A stretch of 64,000 nt of DNA from an uncultured delta proteobacterium (lineage in GTDB: Bacteria > Desulfobacterota > Binatia > UBA9968). The notes beneath the pieces are model-generated. The model was not told where the DNA came from. It searched no databases and saw only the letters and a list, made by a program, of their open reading frames with translations. The stretch lies in the NCBI GenBank assembly GCA_963727625.1, contig CAVSHR010000004.1, positions 576,001-640,000 on the forward strand, in the 5' to 3' direction. The position numbers and the translations under genes are program-made. Positions 9,759 through 19,604 of this stretch are shown one piece after another. Every line of letters begins with the position of its first letter. Position 1 is the stretch's first letter.

Positions 9759-10850
9759 ATGAACACCAGAAAACACAAAATCATCGACGGCGACGGCCAC
9801 GTGGTTGAAGATCATTCGGCGATTGCGGCGCGCATGCCGGAAAAGTATCGCGACCGCTTCGGCTCGAGCCGCAACCCCTATCCGCCCAACGATCATTTGC
9901 ACTCCGCCAACGCTCATGTTCTCCCGCCGGGCGCCTTCGCCAAAGTCGGACGCGAGGGTTGGATCGACTTCATGGAAGATGTCGGCCTGGCGAGCGCGGT
10001 ACTCTACCCGACCAACGGCTTGTCTTTCGGCCGCGTCGTAAGTCTCGACTGGGCCATCGAGCTGGCCCACGCTTACAACGACTGGATGCGCGACGAATAC
10101 GTGAGCAAAAGCGACCGCTTTCAGGCCTTGGGCCTGATCCCGCTGCAAGAGCCGCAGGAAGCCGTAAAAGAGCTGCGCCGCATCGTCAAAGAGCTGGGTT
10201 TCTGCGGCGCCATGCTGCCGAGCACCGGCGTCATAGGAGCGCAAAATCATCTCGGCGACGAAAAATACTGGCCGATCTATAAAGAGGCCAATCGGCTCGA
10301 ATGCTGCCTCGGCATCCACGGCGGTGTACACGATCATATGGGTCTGGACGACATGACACCCTACGCACCGGTCAACGCGCTCGGTCACCCCTTCGGCCAG
10401 ATGGTCAACTTCGGCGGCATTCTCTTCAACGGAGTCTTTGACAAATATCCCAAGGTCCGCTTCGGTTTCATGGAAGCCGGCGCCGGCTGGTTCGTCAACT
10501 GCATCGAGCGCTTCGAGCGCGCCTGGAACAGCCATGTGCAGTACGATCCGCGCGGGCGCTTTTTGAAGCTGCGCGACCAGGAATCGATCACCGATTACAT
10601 CAAACGCCATGTCAAAGAGGGACGCATCTTCGTCGGCGTCGAAGGCGATGAGCTCACCCTGCCCTTCGCCGTCAGCGTGGTCGGCAACAAGCCGTTTATC
10701 TTTTCCTCGGACTTCCCGCACGAGGTCAACAACGACACCTGCAAGGAAGAGCTCGAAGAGCTCGACGAAAACCAGCGGCTCACGCAGGAAGACAAAGACG
10801 CCGTGCGGTACCGTAACGCGGAACGATTCTACGGGCTCTCAGGAAACTGA
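9759..10850 (+). CDS. Amidohydrolase_2 family protein (paralogue of the upstream gene)
   Basis: IIDGDGH, AYNDW, GIHGG, FMEAG, SSDFPH; long blocks shared with 8530..9624. Confidence 0.9.
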   Translation: MNTRKHKIIDGDGHVVEDHSAIAARMPEKYRDRFGSSRNPYPPNDHLHSANAHVLPPGAFAKVGREGWIDFMEDVGLASAVLYPTNGLSFGRVVSLDWAIELAHAYNDWMRDEYVSKSDRFQALGLIPLQEPQEAVKELRRIVKELGFCGAMLPSTGVIGAQNHLGDEKYWPIYKEANRLECCLGIHGGVHDHMGLDDMTPYAPVNALGHPFGQMVNFGGILFNGVFDKYPKVRFGFMEAGAGWFVNCIERFERAWNSHVQYDPRGRFLKLRDQESITDYIKRHVKEGRIFVGVEGDELTLPFAVSVVGNKPFIFSSDFPHEVNNDTCKEELEELDENQRLTQEDKDAVRYRNAERFYGLSGN

Positions 10851-10962
10851 GGCCCGTTCCAGTCGTTCAAAATGTTCAAGCCATTCAATTCGTTTTGGGG
10901 CAAGATTCGGAACGGGAAAATTATTTGTTAATGGCACATAAAAATCATAGAAAGAACCCATT

Positions 10963-11952
10963 GTGAGTACCGCCTTACGTCGCATTATTTTTCTCATCAC
11001 GATCACGAACACGATCTTCTTCACGACTTCCCCGCACGCCCAAACCCTCACCAACTTCCGCATCGCCAACGGCACCAGCGGAGAAAACCCGGCGGTGCTC
11101 TGGGTCGGCGTCGAGCAGGGCTTCTTCCGCAAGCATGGACTCAACGTCGAGGTAATTTACATGCGCGTGGGGTCGCTCGCGGCCTCGGCGTTGGTATCCG
11201 GCGACGTGAACGCGGTTCTGACCAGCTCTAATGCGGTTTTGAATCTCGCCGCCGGGGGGCTGGACGTCGTCATCATCGGCTCGTTGTTTCAACGCCCTGA
11301 GGGGGATTTCATGGCGCGACCGGAAATCAAGCGACCGGAAGATCTCAAAGGCAAGCTGGTAGCGATTCAGAGCATCGGCGGCGGTGGATGGGCGAACAAT
11401 ATGCTGGCGATGGATTACCTCGGACTCGACGCTGATCGCGACAACATCCGTTTCATCGTGCTCGGCGATCAACCCTCGCGCATTCAAGCGCTCGAGACAG
11501 GCCGCGCCCAGGCATCCTGGATGGGCTCGACTTTCAGCGCACCGCTCAAGAAAAAAGGCTACACGGTCCTGGTCAATTTGAGCCGGGCGCCGATTCCCTA
11601 CGTCGGCTCGTCTCTGGTGGTCAAAAAAACCGCGGCACATCAAGACGCAAAGACCTACGAGAGTTTACTCAAGGGCACCATCGATGCGTTGCGCTTCTTT
11701 CAAAAACCGGAAAACAAACCGGCAGTGCTGAAGACCATGGCCAAGCATCTCAGGCTCAACCGCGCGGAAGACGCGGAAACCGGCTATCACGCGATGGTCG
11801 CGGCCTACAGCAATGACATGAGGCCGAAACCCGAAGGCCTGCAAAAGATTTACTCCATCCTATCTCGAACCAATCCCAAGCTCTCGACGCTGAAGCCGGA
11901 GACCATACTCGACACGACATTCATTCAGAAAATCCAATCGAGCGGTTACTGA
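10963..11952 (+). CDS. NMT1/SsuA/TauA-type ABC substrate-binding protein
   Basis: Signal peptide ending HAQ; GFFRKHGLNVE, ALVSGDV, DLKGK. Confidence 0.85.
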   Translation: MSTALRRIIFLITITNTIFFTTSPHAQTLTNFRIANGTSGENPAVLWVGVEQGFFRKHGLNVEVIYMRVGSLAASALVSGDVNAVLTSSNAVLNLAAGGLDVVIIGSLFQRPEGDFMARPEIKRPEDLKGKLVAIQSIGGGGWANNMLAMDYLGLDADRDNIRFIVLGDQPSRIQALETGRAQASWMGSTFSAPLKKKGYTVLVNLSRAPIPYVGSSLVVKKTAAHQDAKTYESLLKGTIDALRFFQKPENKPAVLKTMAKHLRLNRAEDAETGYHAMVAAYSNDMRPKPEGLQKIYSILSRTNPKLSTLKPETILDTTFIQKIQSSGY

Positions 11953-11967
11953 GCGAAGGACGCAATC

Positions 11968-12090
11968 ATGCGGATGTCCATATTGCTGGTGACCATGGCG
12001 GTCGGTTTGCATCCCGATCAACGCTCGGCCCAGCTGCTAAAGTTTCGCGCCGCCAAAGGCGGCTTCGGCACGGTGATTCCCATCGACTAG
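11968..12090 (+). pseudogene. Possible N-terminal remnant of another substrate-binding protein
   Basis: SD AAGGA; 40-aa ORF MRMSILLVTMAVGL...SAQLLKFRAAKGGFG resembling a signal peptide plus the first SBP strand. Confidence 0.3.
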
Positions 12091-12149
12091 CATGATTGCG
12101 CTCGTCAGGGCTCACCGGCTCTCGCGGGTACGACGTAAGAGAATCAGGG

Positions 12150-12536
12150 ATGATCGCCCACATCGGCATCCAGGTCAGCGACATCGAACGCAGCAAAACA
12201 TTCTACGCCGACGCGCTACGACCGACCGGCTATCAATTGCTACGGGACTATGGCGTCACCCCGGAGCGACCGGTCGCCAGCGCGGGCTTCGGCGCCCCGC
12301 CGCACGCCGATCTGTGGCTCTACCAGGGCAAGCCAACCGCGGCAACCACGCATATTGCGATTTTGGTCGACAAGCGCGCGCTGGTGGACGCCTTTTATCA
12401 AGCGGCGATCGCGGCCGGGGGACGCGACAACGGCAAGCCGGGATTGCGACCGCAATACAGTGCCGGCTATTACGGCGCTTTTGTCCTCGATCCAGACGGT
12501 TACAATATCGAAGCGGTTTGTCGAGCAGCAGAATAG
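12150..12536 (+). CDS. VOC/glyoxalase family protein
   Basis: HIGIQVSDIERSKTFY, HIA, GGRDNGKPGLRP.Y, FVLDPDGYNIEAV. Confidence 0.9.
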   Translation: MIAHIGIQVSDIERSKTFYADALRPTGYQLLRDYGVTPERPVASAGFGAPPHADLWLYQGKPTAATTHIAILVDKRALVDAFYQAAIAAGGRDNGKPGLRPQYSAGYYGAFVLDPDGYNIEAVCRAAE

Positions 12537-12587
12537 TTGAAGGCTTTGGTTAATTTCCGATTTTAAGAGTCCAGAAAATAATATCTC

Positions 12588-12776
12588 TTAGGAATCCTTG
12601 CGCCGCACGTTGGAGTTCTTAATCAACCAGTTTTCAATCAGCTTTCTTTTGAAGCGCCACTGATTGCCGACTTTAAAGGCCGGTAGTTCCCGGTCGTTCA
12701 ATAGGCGATAGACGGTAAACTTATCGACGTTTAAATATTTCGCCACCTGTTCCAACGTCAGCAGTTGTTCGGGCAT
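12588..12776 (-). CDS. HTH_17 (excisionase-like) DNA-binding protein
   Basis: LLTLEQVAKYLNV...TVYRL...LPAFKVGNQWRF. Confidence 0.9.
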   Translation of the reverse strand: MPEQLLTLEQVAKYLNVDKFTVYRLLNDRELPAFKVGNQWRFKRKLIENWLIKNSNVRRKDS

Positions 12777-13016
12777 ACTCTACCAACCCCCAGCTCGCAA
12801 TCCCTCTTGAAACTGTTAACTTCCTTTACAGCTATTTTGTGCGCTCTAATCCTCGATTGTGGGGATGGTTTTTATTGCAATTGATTAAGAATAGCAAGAG
12901 CGGTTTTTCGCGTTAAAGCGAGACTGATTCGAACCCGACACTTTGTCGCTCCTACGACTTCAATGCGCTGCGCTTAGCGACCAAGCTCCAACATTGGCAC
13001 AGCTACAGTTGTGCGA

Positions 13017-13361
13017 TTACTTAGCAGCGCAGATCGTAATCTCCACCAAAGTCCCAGGCGTGAGGACGGCACCGACCGCGGTGCGCGTCGGTAGATTCGA
13101 CCGATCGACCCACGCCATCCAAGCTTCGTTCATCTCGTCTTTGAGGCTGGCGTCGGCCATATAAACCGTCGCACTCAAGATCCGCGACTTGTGGGTACCG
13201 GCTTTTTCAAGCACGGCATCGATCTTCTTTAGCACCTGTGCAGTCTGCCCTTTCATGTCGAGGGATTTATCGTCGGCCACCGTGCCGGAAAGAAAAACCA
13301 GATCGCCGAACACTGCCGCGCTGCAGTTCCACTCACGAGGATTGATTCTCTGTATTTCCAT
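13017..13361 (-). CDS. RidA/YjgF family protein (YoaB-like)
   Basis: FLSGTVA, GQTAQVL, MNEAW, PTRTAV, LVEI. Confidence 0.9.
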   Translation of the reverse strand: MEIQRINPREWNCSAAVFGDLVFLSGTVADDKSLDMKGQTAQVLKKIDAVLEKAGTHKSRILSATVYMADASLKDEMNEAWMAWVDRSNLPTRTAVGAVLTPGTLVEITICAAK

Positions 13362-13430
13362 TCCGATATCCTTTCGCAGATTCTAGACTACGTTATGCGA
13401 GAACTAATGAATGAACACGGGTATTATCTG

Positions 13431-14366
13431 TCAGACGGTTTGCCCACCTATACCAATGTAATTACGCAGCCGCCACGCCAAATGCGTAGCGATCCCATCA
13501 AGATCGGGAACTAAACGTGCGCGATGTATCCCCATGCGGAAAAGACGCTTGAGAAAAATCACTTTGTCTTTCTCTTGGATAAGAAGACGTCTAGTTTTGT
13601 CTTTGTCCAACGCAACCTCAGGCTCTGGGAAAGCAGCAAAAACGCCATCTTGCGCAATGATTCTTTGATCTACGTGCGGTGGATTCAATAGCTTAACTTC
13701 CTTGTAGCCTTTGAAAGGGCAAGGCGTTTCCCAAATATCCAGCGCTTTATGTGCGTACCAAGCATAAATCACTGCGCAGTTTTCTCGCTCGATAGAAGAC
13801 CCATCGTCTTCATTTATGATCTGAGCCGCACTTTCTTCCTCGGTCAAGTCAGAATCATGAAGCGGGTCAATTACCTCAAAATCATTGTTATTCTCCGGTT
13901 CGCTTAACGCGAAAAATGCAGCGGCGAAGGGGTTCCTGGTCCAATCCAGCAACCTTGTCGGTAGACCGTAATGTTGAGCAATTACCAGCCATTCCCAGTC
14001 AGTCGGGTTAGCGTTTATATAGGGGACTGCCCTTGCCCGAAATTGTTTGAATATTCTTTGTTCCAGTTCCGGGAATGTAACCTTACCTTGCTGAGATTGC
14101 ATAACGCTAACAGTTTCTCTTCTGCCAATTTTTGGTTTGAGTTCAAATTTCGCATTGCCAACGCCTCTGAAAACCCACACGCCATTTTGAAAACGTGATA
14201 GTTCATGAACAAGCGTCGACCACTTGCGGATTTCGACCGGCTCAAGTGGAAGTCGTTTGCTCTTCTTAGATCGGGCCAAGCCTCCCCCACTTTCGAGGGT
14301 TGAGACAATTGAAACGGCTGTAATCGCTGTAACTATTCCTAAATCTGAGGCCTTCTCTCGTACCAT
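13431..14366 (-). CDS. FRG domain protein (true start possibly TTG at 14279)
   Basis: WVFRG, AQHYGLPTRLLDWT.NP..A.FFA, RIIAQDGVF; visibly more AT-rich than its neighbours. Confidence 0.85.
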   Translation of the reverse strand: MVREKASDLGIVTAITAVSIVSTLESGGGLARSKKSKRLPLEPVEIRKWSTLVHELSRFQNGVWVFRGVGNAKFELKPKIGRRETVSVMQSQQGKVTFPELEQRIFKQFRARAVPYINANPTDWEWLVIAQHYGLPTRLLDWTRNPFAAAFFALSEPENNNDFEVIDPLHDSDLTEEESAAQIINEDDGSSIERENCAVIYAWYAHKALDIWETPCPFKGYKEVKLLNPPHVDQRIIAQDGVFAAFPEPEVALDKDKTRRLLIQEKDKVIFLKRLFRMGIHRARLVPDLDGIATHLAWRLRNYIGIGGQTV

Positions 14367-15724
14367 TTCATTTGCTGCTGATAAGTATATCCCGCGCGCA
14401 GCACGGTAACCTCGTCGAACGGTTTACCGACCAGCTGCAGAGAAATAGGCAAATTGTTTTCCGAAAAACCGCACGGTACGGATAGCGTTGGCAGGCCGGT
14501 CAAATTGAACGGGCCGTGATACTCGGGCACGACGTGCTTGAACAAAGTGTCGATGGGTCCCACGTCCTTCACCCGCGGCGCGGGTCCGGCCTGATTGGGC
14601 AGCGCCAGGCAGTTCACCTTGGTAAATACTTCCGCCAATTCGGCGCGGCAGCGGCTGCGGATGCGCTGGGCCTGAATATAATCCGCCGAGCCGGTGAGCA
14701 GGCCGAGATAAATGCGCGCGCGTCGCTGTGGTGCGCCGGTTTTCAGCACGGTGGCCGCGTCGCTCTTATGCGCCGCCCAAAACTCGTTGTAATAAATGAC
14801 CGCGTTGGCGATGGTCGCCAGATTCAGCGTCGGCACTTTGACTTCTTCAACGCGCGCGCCGAACGACTTCAGAGCATCAATCGCTTCATCGACGCGCTTG
14901 AGCACGATCGGATCGGTGCGCGGCGCGCATTCGTCGATATAGGCCCGCGGCACGCCAACCACCATACTCTTGATGTCGCCACCCAGCGCGCTCGTGTAGT
15001 CGACCACAGGCGCGTTGCTCGACGTCGGATCTTTGGGATCGTAGCCGGCGATCGCGTTCAGCATATATGCCAGATCCTCGACGACCCGCGCGATCGGGCC
15101 GCAATGATCGAGCGACCAACTGAGCGGCGCAAGACCATGGCGGCTCACTCGCCCGTAGGTCGCTTTCAAACCCGCGAGGCCGCAAAACGCCGACGGATTG
15201 CGGATCGACCCCGCCGTGTCCTCGCCGAGAGAGCCAAGACACAAGCCGCCTGCCACCGCGGCGCCCGAGCCGGTGCTCGATCCGCCGGTGATATGTTCCG
15301 TGTTCCATGGGTTGCGCGGCTGCGGCAGCTCCGCGTCGGGTAAACTGCTCATGTGCAGCTTGCCCATCATCACCGCGCCGGCCTCGCGCAGCTTGCGCAC
15401 TGCCGTGGCATCGCCGACGCCTTGGGTGTGCTGGCGAATCCGCGCCGGCGCGCCTTCCACATCCAACTGATCTTTGACTGCGATCGGAATACCATGCATC
15501 GGCCCGCGCCAATTGCCTTTAGCAATTTCCGCCTCGGCGGCGCGGGCTTCGGCCATGGCGCCGTCGGCCATGAGATTGATATACGAGTGCAGCTTCCCGT
15601 CGACGGCTTGAATGCGGTCGAGCACCGCGCGCGTCAATTCCACCGGCGAGAGCTTGCGCTCTTTGATCAACTGCTGCGCTTCATGGATGGTCAGGTAACA
15701 AAGCGGCTTCTCAGTCAGTGCCAT
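14339..15724 (-). CDS. Amidase-signature family amidase (GatA-like)
   Basis: HGIPIAVKD, GGSSTGSGAAVA, GEDTAGSIRNP (Ser-cisSer-Lys triad). Confidence 0.9.
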   Translation of the reverse strand: MALTEKPLCYLTIHEAQQLIKERKLSPVELTRAVLDRIQAVDGKLHSYINLMADGAMAEARAAEAEIAKGNWRGPMHGIPIAVKDQLDVEGAPARIRQHTQGVGDATAVRKLREAGAVMMGKLHMSSLPDAELPQPRNPWNTEHITGGSSTGSGAAVAGGLCLGSLGEDTAGSIRNPSAFCGLAGLKATYGRVSRHGLAPLSWSLDHCGPIARVVEDLAYMLNAIAGYDPKDPTSSNAPVVDYTSALGGDIKSMVVGVPRAYIDECAPRTDPIVLKRVDEAIDALKSFGARVEEVKVPTLNLATIANAVIYYNEFWAAHKSDAATVLKTGAPQRRARIYLGLLTGSADYIQAQRIRSRCRAELAEVFTKVNCLALPNQAGPAPRVKDVGPIDTLFKHVVPEYHGPFNLTGLPTLSVPCGFSENNLPISLQLVGKPFDEVTVLRAGYTYQQQMKWYERRPQI

Positions 15725-15775
15725 GGCGAAGCTCCCAGATTTTCAATTTTCAACTCTCAATTTTCAATTACCAAT

Positions 15776-15964
15776 TCAGCTTTTCCACTCCGGACAAAAC
15801 ACCGGCCCCAACTCCTCCGCCCCGAGATTCACCGAGTGCAACTGTTTTAGGTTCTCCATATAAAGCTCGATGATCTCCGAGAACTGTTCCAAGTCCCCCG
15901 GCTTGGGCTCCAAGCCTTCGCGCTTCAATACCGCCATAAGGTTTTCCTCTATTAACTTGTTCAT
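15776..15964 (-). CDS. Small helical amidase-associated protein (GatC/AtzG-like)
   Basis: SD AGGAGG; 62 aa ending L..V.L..EE..PVF; directly upstream of the amidase. Confidence 0.6.
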   Translation of the reverse strand: MNKLIEENLMAVLKREGLEPKPGDLEQFSEIIELYMENLKQLHSVNLGAEELGPVFCPEWKS

Positions 15965-16119
15965 GCGTCCTCCTAACACCGGACTGAGTCATTCTATACT
16001 GGACAATCTTATTATTTTCCCGGCCAAAAACTTACGCTGCAGGCAGAACTTGGTGCCTGCTTCTGATTTCACGTTCGTCCCTAAACCTTTTAGAAACTTG
16101 TCGCTGCAGACTCTATCGT

Positions 16120-16140
16120 CTTGACGCAATTTCCGTCAAG
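16120..16140. promoter_or_regulatory. Palindromic candidate enhancer (bEBP upstream activating sequence)
   Basis: CTTGACG-N7-CGTCAAG perfect inverted repeat about 150 bp upstream of a sigma54-type motif. Confidence 0.45.
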
Positions 16141-16291
16141 CTCCCTCCGGGGTGCGCTTTTCTGCTCGATACCCGTATCCGGGTAAAATTGTGGCGCCCC
16201 TGCAATGCTTGGACGTAAATTTGTCATAAATGTTTGTAATCAAAGCGCCCGCAAGGTCGGTAATTTTCCGCTAACTCACAATTTTACTTTA

Positions 16292-16307
16292 TGGCATGAG
16301 GCTTGCT
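16292..16307 (+). promoter_or_regulatory. sigma54 (-24/-12) promoter
   Basis: TGGCATGAGGCTTGCT matches TGGCACG-N4-TTGC with exact GG/GC spacing. Confidence 0.7.
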
Positions 16308-16364
16308 GCAAGGCTTGCTCTAGCAAACTAACTCGACTAGGCATCACGGTCCTAATGGTTTTTT

Positions 16365-18755
16365 ATGACAAACTTTCTTTGTAGCTTGAGATCGAGACTG
16401 ATTCTTTTGATTCTCACGGCGATGGTTCCCGCATTCGCTTTGATTATCGATAGCGCCGCAAAATATCGGGAACAAACGGCAACGCAAATCAAACAGAATG
16501 TCCTGGTTGCCGCGCGTGCAATCGCGACGGAGCAGGACCGAGTTTTGGATAATGCTCACGAGTTTCTCGTTACGCTATCGCGAGTCCCGCAGATACGCGA
16601 GATCAATAGAACCGCATGCCACAAGATCCTCGCCGGACTATTGGAACCGCGTTACGCCGATTTAGTACTTGCCGATCCGACCGGCAAACCTTTATGCACA
16701 GCATTATCACCCGGCAACTCGCTGGCGAATACCAGTGGGCGCCATTACAGCAGCAGCGTTGAGAGCTATGATTTTTCAGTCGGTGACATACGTCAGCGTC
16801 CCTCCAGTGCAAAAGCCCTCCTTGACGTGAGCTATCCCGTGCTCAATCATCCTGGCCTGGTACGGGCGGTCGTTTCAGCGACTTTAGACTTGTCTTGGAT
16901 CAACCGTATCGCGGTCGACACTCACCTGTACCCCGGCGCGACGTTCACTTTGGTCAGCAGCCAGGGCAACGTACTCCTGCGGCACCCGAACGGCGCCGAG
17001 TGGACCGGAAAGCCGTTATTCCCCGAACCCTCGCGGCCGGGGAGCATTTCCTCCGACAGAGGAGATATCATCGAAGCTACAGGGCCGGACGGTGTTCAAC
17101 GATTAATAGCGCTCAGTCCTTTGAAAAGCCCCGTCGGAGGAAAAACGGTTTATGCAGCGGTCGATTTGCCGGTCGATATCGCCTTCGCGAAGACCCGGGA
17201 AATTCTCATCCAACAGTTAATCGCCTTGGGGATTCTTTCCGTCGTCATTCTTGGCACGACGTGGTTCGGCACAGACGTCCTGGTCCTTCGTCGAATACGG
17301 GATATAATTACTGCAACAAACAAAATGGCCGCGGGCAATTTGCACGCACGCACGAGCCACGCCTACGACAACAACGAGCTCGGCCAAATGGCGCGGGCTT
17401 TCGATCATCTCGCTGAGACCCTGGAGACCCGAGAAGCCGAAGCCGTCCAGTCCGCGAAACAGATCCATCAGCAACGGCAGCAGCAAGAAGCGCTCTACGA
17501 TCTCAATCGGGGCATCACTTCGACACTCGATGTCGCGAGCGTTTTAAGCACACTCCTCGATCACCTCTCACTCCTCTTCCCCTCCTTCACGGTGACGGTC
17601 AGCTGGATCGACACACACACCGGAAAGCTCGAAACCATCGCACATCGCGGCCCAACGGGCAGTGAACCTGCCAACGCCGATCTTACGTCAGCACAGTCGC
17701 TCCCGTTACTTGTTTTGCGGCGGCAGGCTCCACTCGCGATCTCCGGCAACAATACCGAAGCGCATGCGGCCGATCGGGAACTTTTTTTTGCTCTAGGGTG
17801 GGCCTCTTACCTTGGCCTACCACTGACGGTAAAGACTGAGACTTTAGGGGTTCTTTCGTTTTACAATCGAGAACCGCATGAATTCAGCCCGGACGAAATT
17901 AATTTTTTAAACGCGCTCGTCAACGAAGCGGCTGTCGCCATCCACAACTCTCAGCTGTATGAGCAGACAAGACAACAAACGGTCGAATTGGAAAAATCGA
18001 ATAAAATTAAAGACGAGTTCCTCGGTGTCATGTCGCACGAACTACGGACCCCGCTGAATATTATTATGAATTACTCGGAAGCATTGAGGATGGGAACCTT
18101 CGGTGAAATCGGCCCGGAACAGGCACGAGGCACGGACAAAATCCGCATTCAAGCCGATCACCTACTATCGCTGATTAACGGCATATTGGAAATCACAAAA
18201 ATCGAAAGCGGCACGGTGTCACTAGAAATCCGGCCGCTAGATCTTAAAGAATTCATCGCGGAGTTAAAATCCGACTACATGTTGCCGATGGATAACGATG
18301 TCGCGCTCGTGTGGGATGAGGCCGCCGAACTACCCGTCTTTGTCAGCGATCGCGTCAAGCTGAAACAGATCCTGACTAATTTAATCAACAACGCGATCAA
18401 GTTCACCAATCAAGGGTCGGTCACCATCACGGCGGAACTTTCGGCGCGCGGCGAAAGCCTGGAAATTCATGTGGCAGACACCGGTCCGGGAATACCCGCT
18501 GAGCTGCTCCCGTTTGTCTTTGATAAATTTCGCCAAATCGATAGCGCGACGACTAGGAATTATTCCGGTGCCGGCCTCGGGCTCTACATCGTCAAGAATT
18601 ATGCAACTCTTCTCGGTGGCACGATCGACGTCCGCAGCAATCTGGGCGAAGGCTCGGTGTTTACCGTAAAATTCCCGATCGCATCACACGGTGTGAAGAC
18701 CGAGAAGACCGAGCACCCGCTGCAGCATTCCGCGGGATCCTATAGCCTATCGTAG
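16365..18755 (+). CDS. Sensor histidine kinase (TM-Cache-TM-HAMP-GAF-HisKA-HATPase)
   Basis: H box MSHELRTPLN, N box NLINNAIKFT, DTGPGI, FDKFRQ, GAGLGL; GAF YLGLPL...GVL. Confidence 0.92.
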   Translation: MTNFLCSLRSRLILLILTAMVPAFALIIDSAAKYREQTATQIKQNVLVAARAIATEQDRVLDNAHEFLVTLSRVPQIREINRTACHKILAGLLEPRYADLVLADPTGKPLCTALSPGNSLANTSGRHYSSSVESYDFSVGDIRQRPSSAKALLDVSYPVLNHPGLVRAVVSATLDLSWINRIAVDTHLYPGATFTLVSSQGNVLLRHPNGAEWTGKPLFPEPSRPGSISSDRGDIIEATGPDGVQRLIALSPLKSPVGGKTVYAAVDLPVDIAFAKTREILIQQLIALGILSVVILGTTWFGTDVLVLRRIRDIITATNKMAAGNLHARTSHAYDNNELGQMARAFDHLAETLETREAEAVQSAKQIHQQRQQQEALYDLNRGITSTLDVASVLSTLLDHLSLLFPSFTVTVSWIDTHTGKLETIAHRGPTGSEPANADLTSAQSLPLLVLRRQAPLAISGNNTEAHAADRELFFALGWASYLGLPLTVKTETLGVLSFYNREPHEFSPDEINFLNALVNEAAVAIHNSQLYEQTRQQTVELEKSNKIKDEFLGVMSHELRTPLNIIMNYSEALRMGTFGEIGPEQARGTDKIRIQADHLLSLINGILEITKIESGTVSLEIRPLDLKEFIAELKSDYMLPMDNDVALVWDEAAELPVFVSDRVKLKQILTNLINNAIKFTNQGSVTITAELSARGESLEIHVADTGPGIPAELLPFVFDKFRQIDSATTRNYSGAGLGLYIVKNYATLLGGTIDVRSNLGEGSVFTVKFPIASHGVKTEKTEHPLQHSAGSYSLS

Positions 18756-18767
18756 GAGGCGCACATT

Positions 18768-19601
18768 ATGGCAATTTCGATATTTTGGCGGCTCATTCTC
18801 AGTCACATAGGAATCTTGTTGCTCTCGGGCGCTGTGTGCTTATATTCCATCGTGCAGCTCGGATCTTTGAGCCAAACGGCACATAGCGCGCTCGATAGGA
18901 ACCACCGAATGATCGCCTACCAGGAAGCTCTGACCGAAGCCTTCCTTTCTCAAGTTCGTTACGGTGGAAAATATCTCATTACTCACACAGAGGGCCGCCA
19001 CGAACAACTACGGCAGTTCAAAAAAGATTTCGTTGATTACTCCACCCTGCTCAAGCGCCTTGGGCAGTCCGAGTCGATCGGCGATTCGCTTTCGAGAATC
19101 GCGGAATTTCATGAACAATATCACGAACTGTTCGACCGAGAAGTGGCGTACATTCGAGCCAATCAAAACTACGCTCAGACCCGCTATCAACAAGAACGCG
19201 ATAAAATTGTGGAAAGCACGCTTAACGAGCTGGACCTGTTGAAAGCGCAACTGCGCACAAAGCTGCAAGAAAAGCTCCAGAGCATCGACCAGGGGGCTCG
19301 CACGGCTCGACGAATTGCGATCGTAACTACACTCATCGTTTTGATCCTAGGTGCCATCCTTTCTCTAAAAGTCAGCAGGAGTATGGACGGTCCGATGAGC
19401 GAAGCGACCGCGGCGCAGCGGGTCGTTGGCGTTCCGTGGACTCTAGCCTTAAAGAGCGCGGGCCTACAGGCCATCGAGCGGTCGCAACATTTGATGAGGT
19501 TACAGGCAATTCGTTTGCCTGCTATTGTGCTTAGCCTTATCGCGGTTTGCAGCCGCCGCTCCGCTAGCTCAAAACATCCTATGCCACGGAAAGGCAACTA
19601 A
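18768..19601 (+). CDS. Membrane-anchored four-helix sensor domain resembling the GlrK/QseE N-terminus, without a kinase domain
   Basis: Two TM helices flank a helical periplasmic region (LSQVRY..KYLI); HAMP-like start SRSMDGP then diverges; no H/N/G boxes. Confidence 0.6.
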   Translation: MAISIFWRLILSHIGILLLSGAVCLYSIVQLGSLSQTAHSALDRNHRMIAYQEALTEAFLSQVRYGGKYLITHTEGRHEQLRQFKKDFVDYSTLLKRLGQSESIGDSLSRIAEFHEQYHELFDREVAYIRANQNYAQTRYQQERDKIVESTLNELDLLKAQLRTKLQEKLQSIDQGARTARRIAIVTTLIVLILGAILSLKVSRSMDGPMSEATAAQRVVGVPWTLALKSAGLQAIERSQHLMRLQAIRLPAIVLSLIAVCSRRSASSKHPMPRKGN

Positions 19602-19604
19602 TCT

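Noticed and set aside
8470-10721. Long antisense ORFs (351 and 344 aa), and similar ones at 23741, 52592, 57610 and 62958
   Set aside because: Shadow ORFs opposite well-supported genes, expected from high-GC codon bias
12588-12776. HTH_17 protein as evidence of a prophage or ICE excisionase
   Set aside because: No integrase, att site or phage genes nearby; such stand-alone HTH genes are common chromosomal regulators
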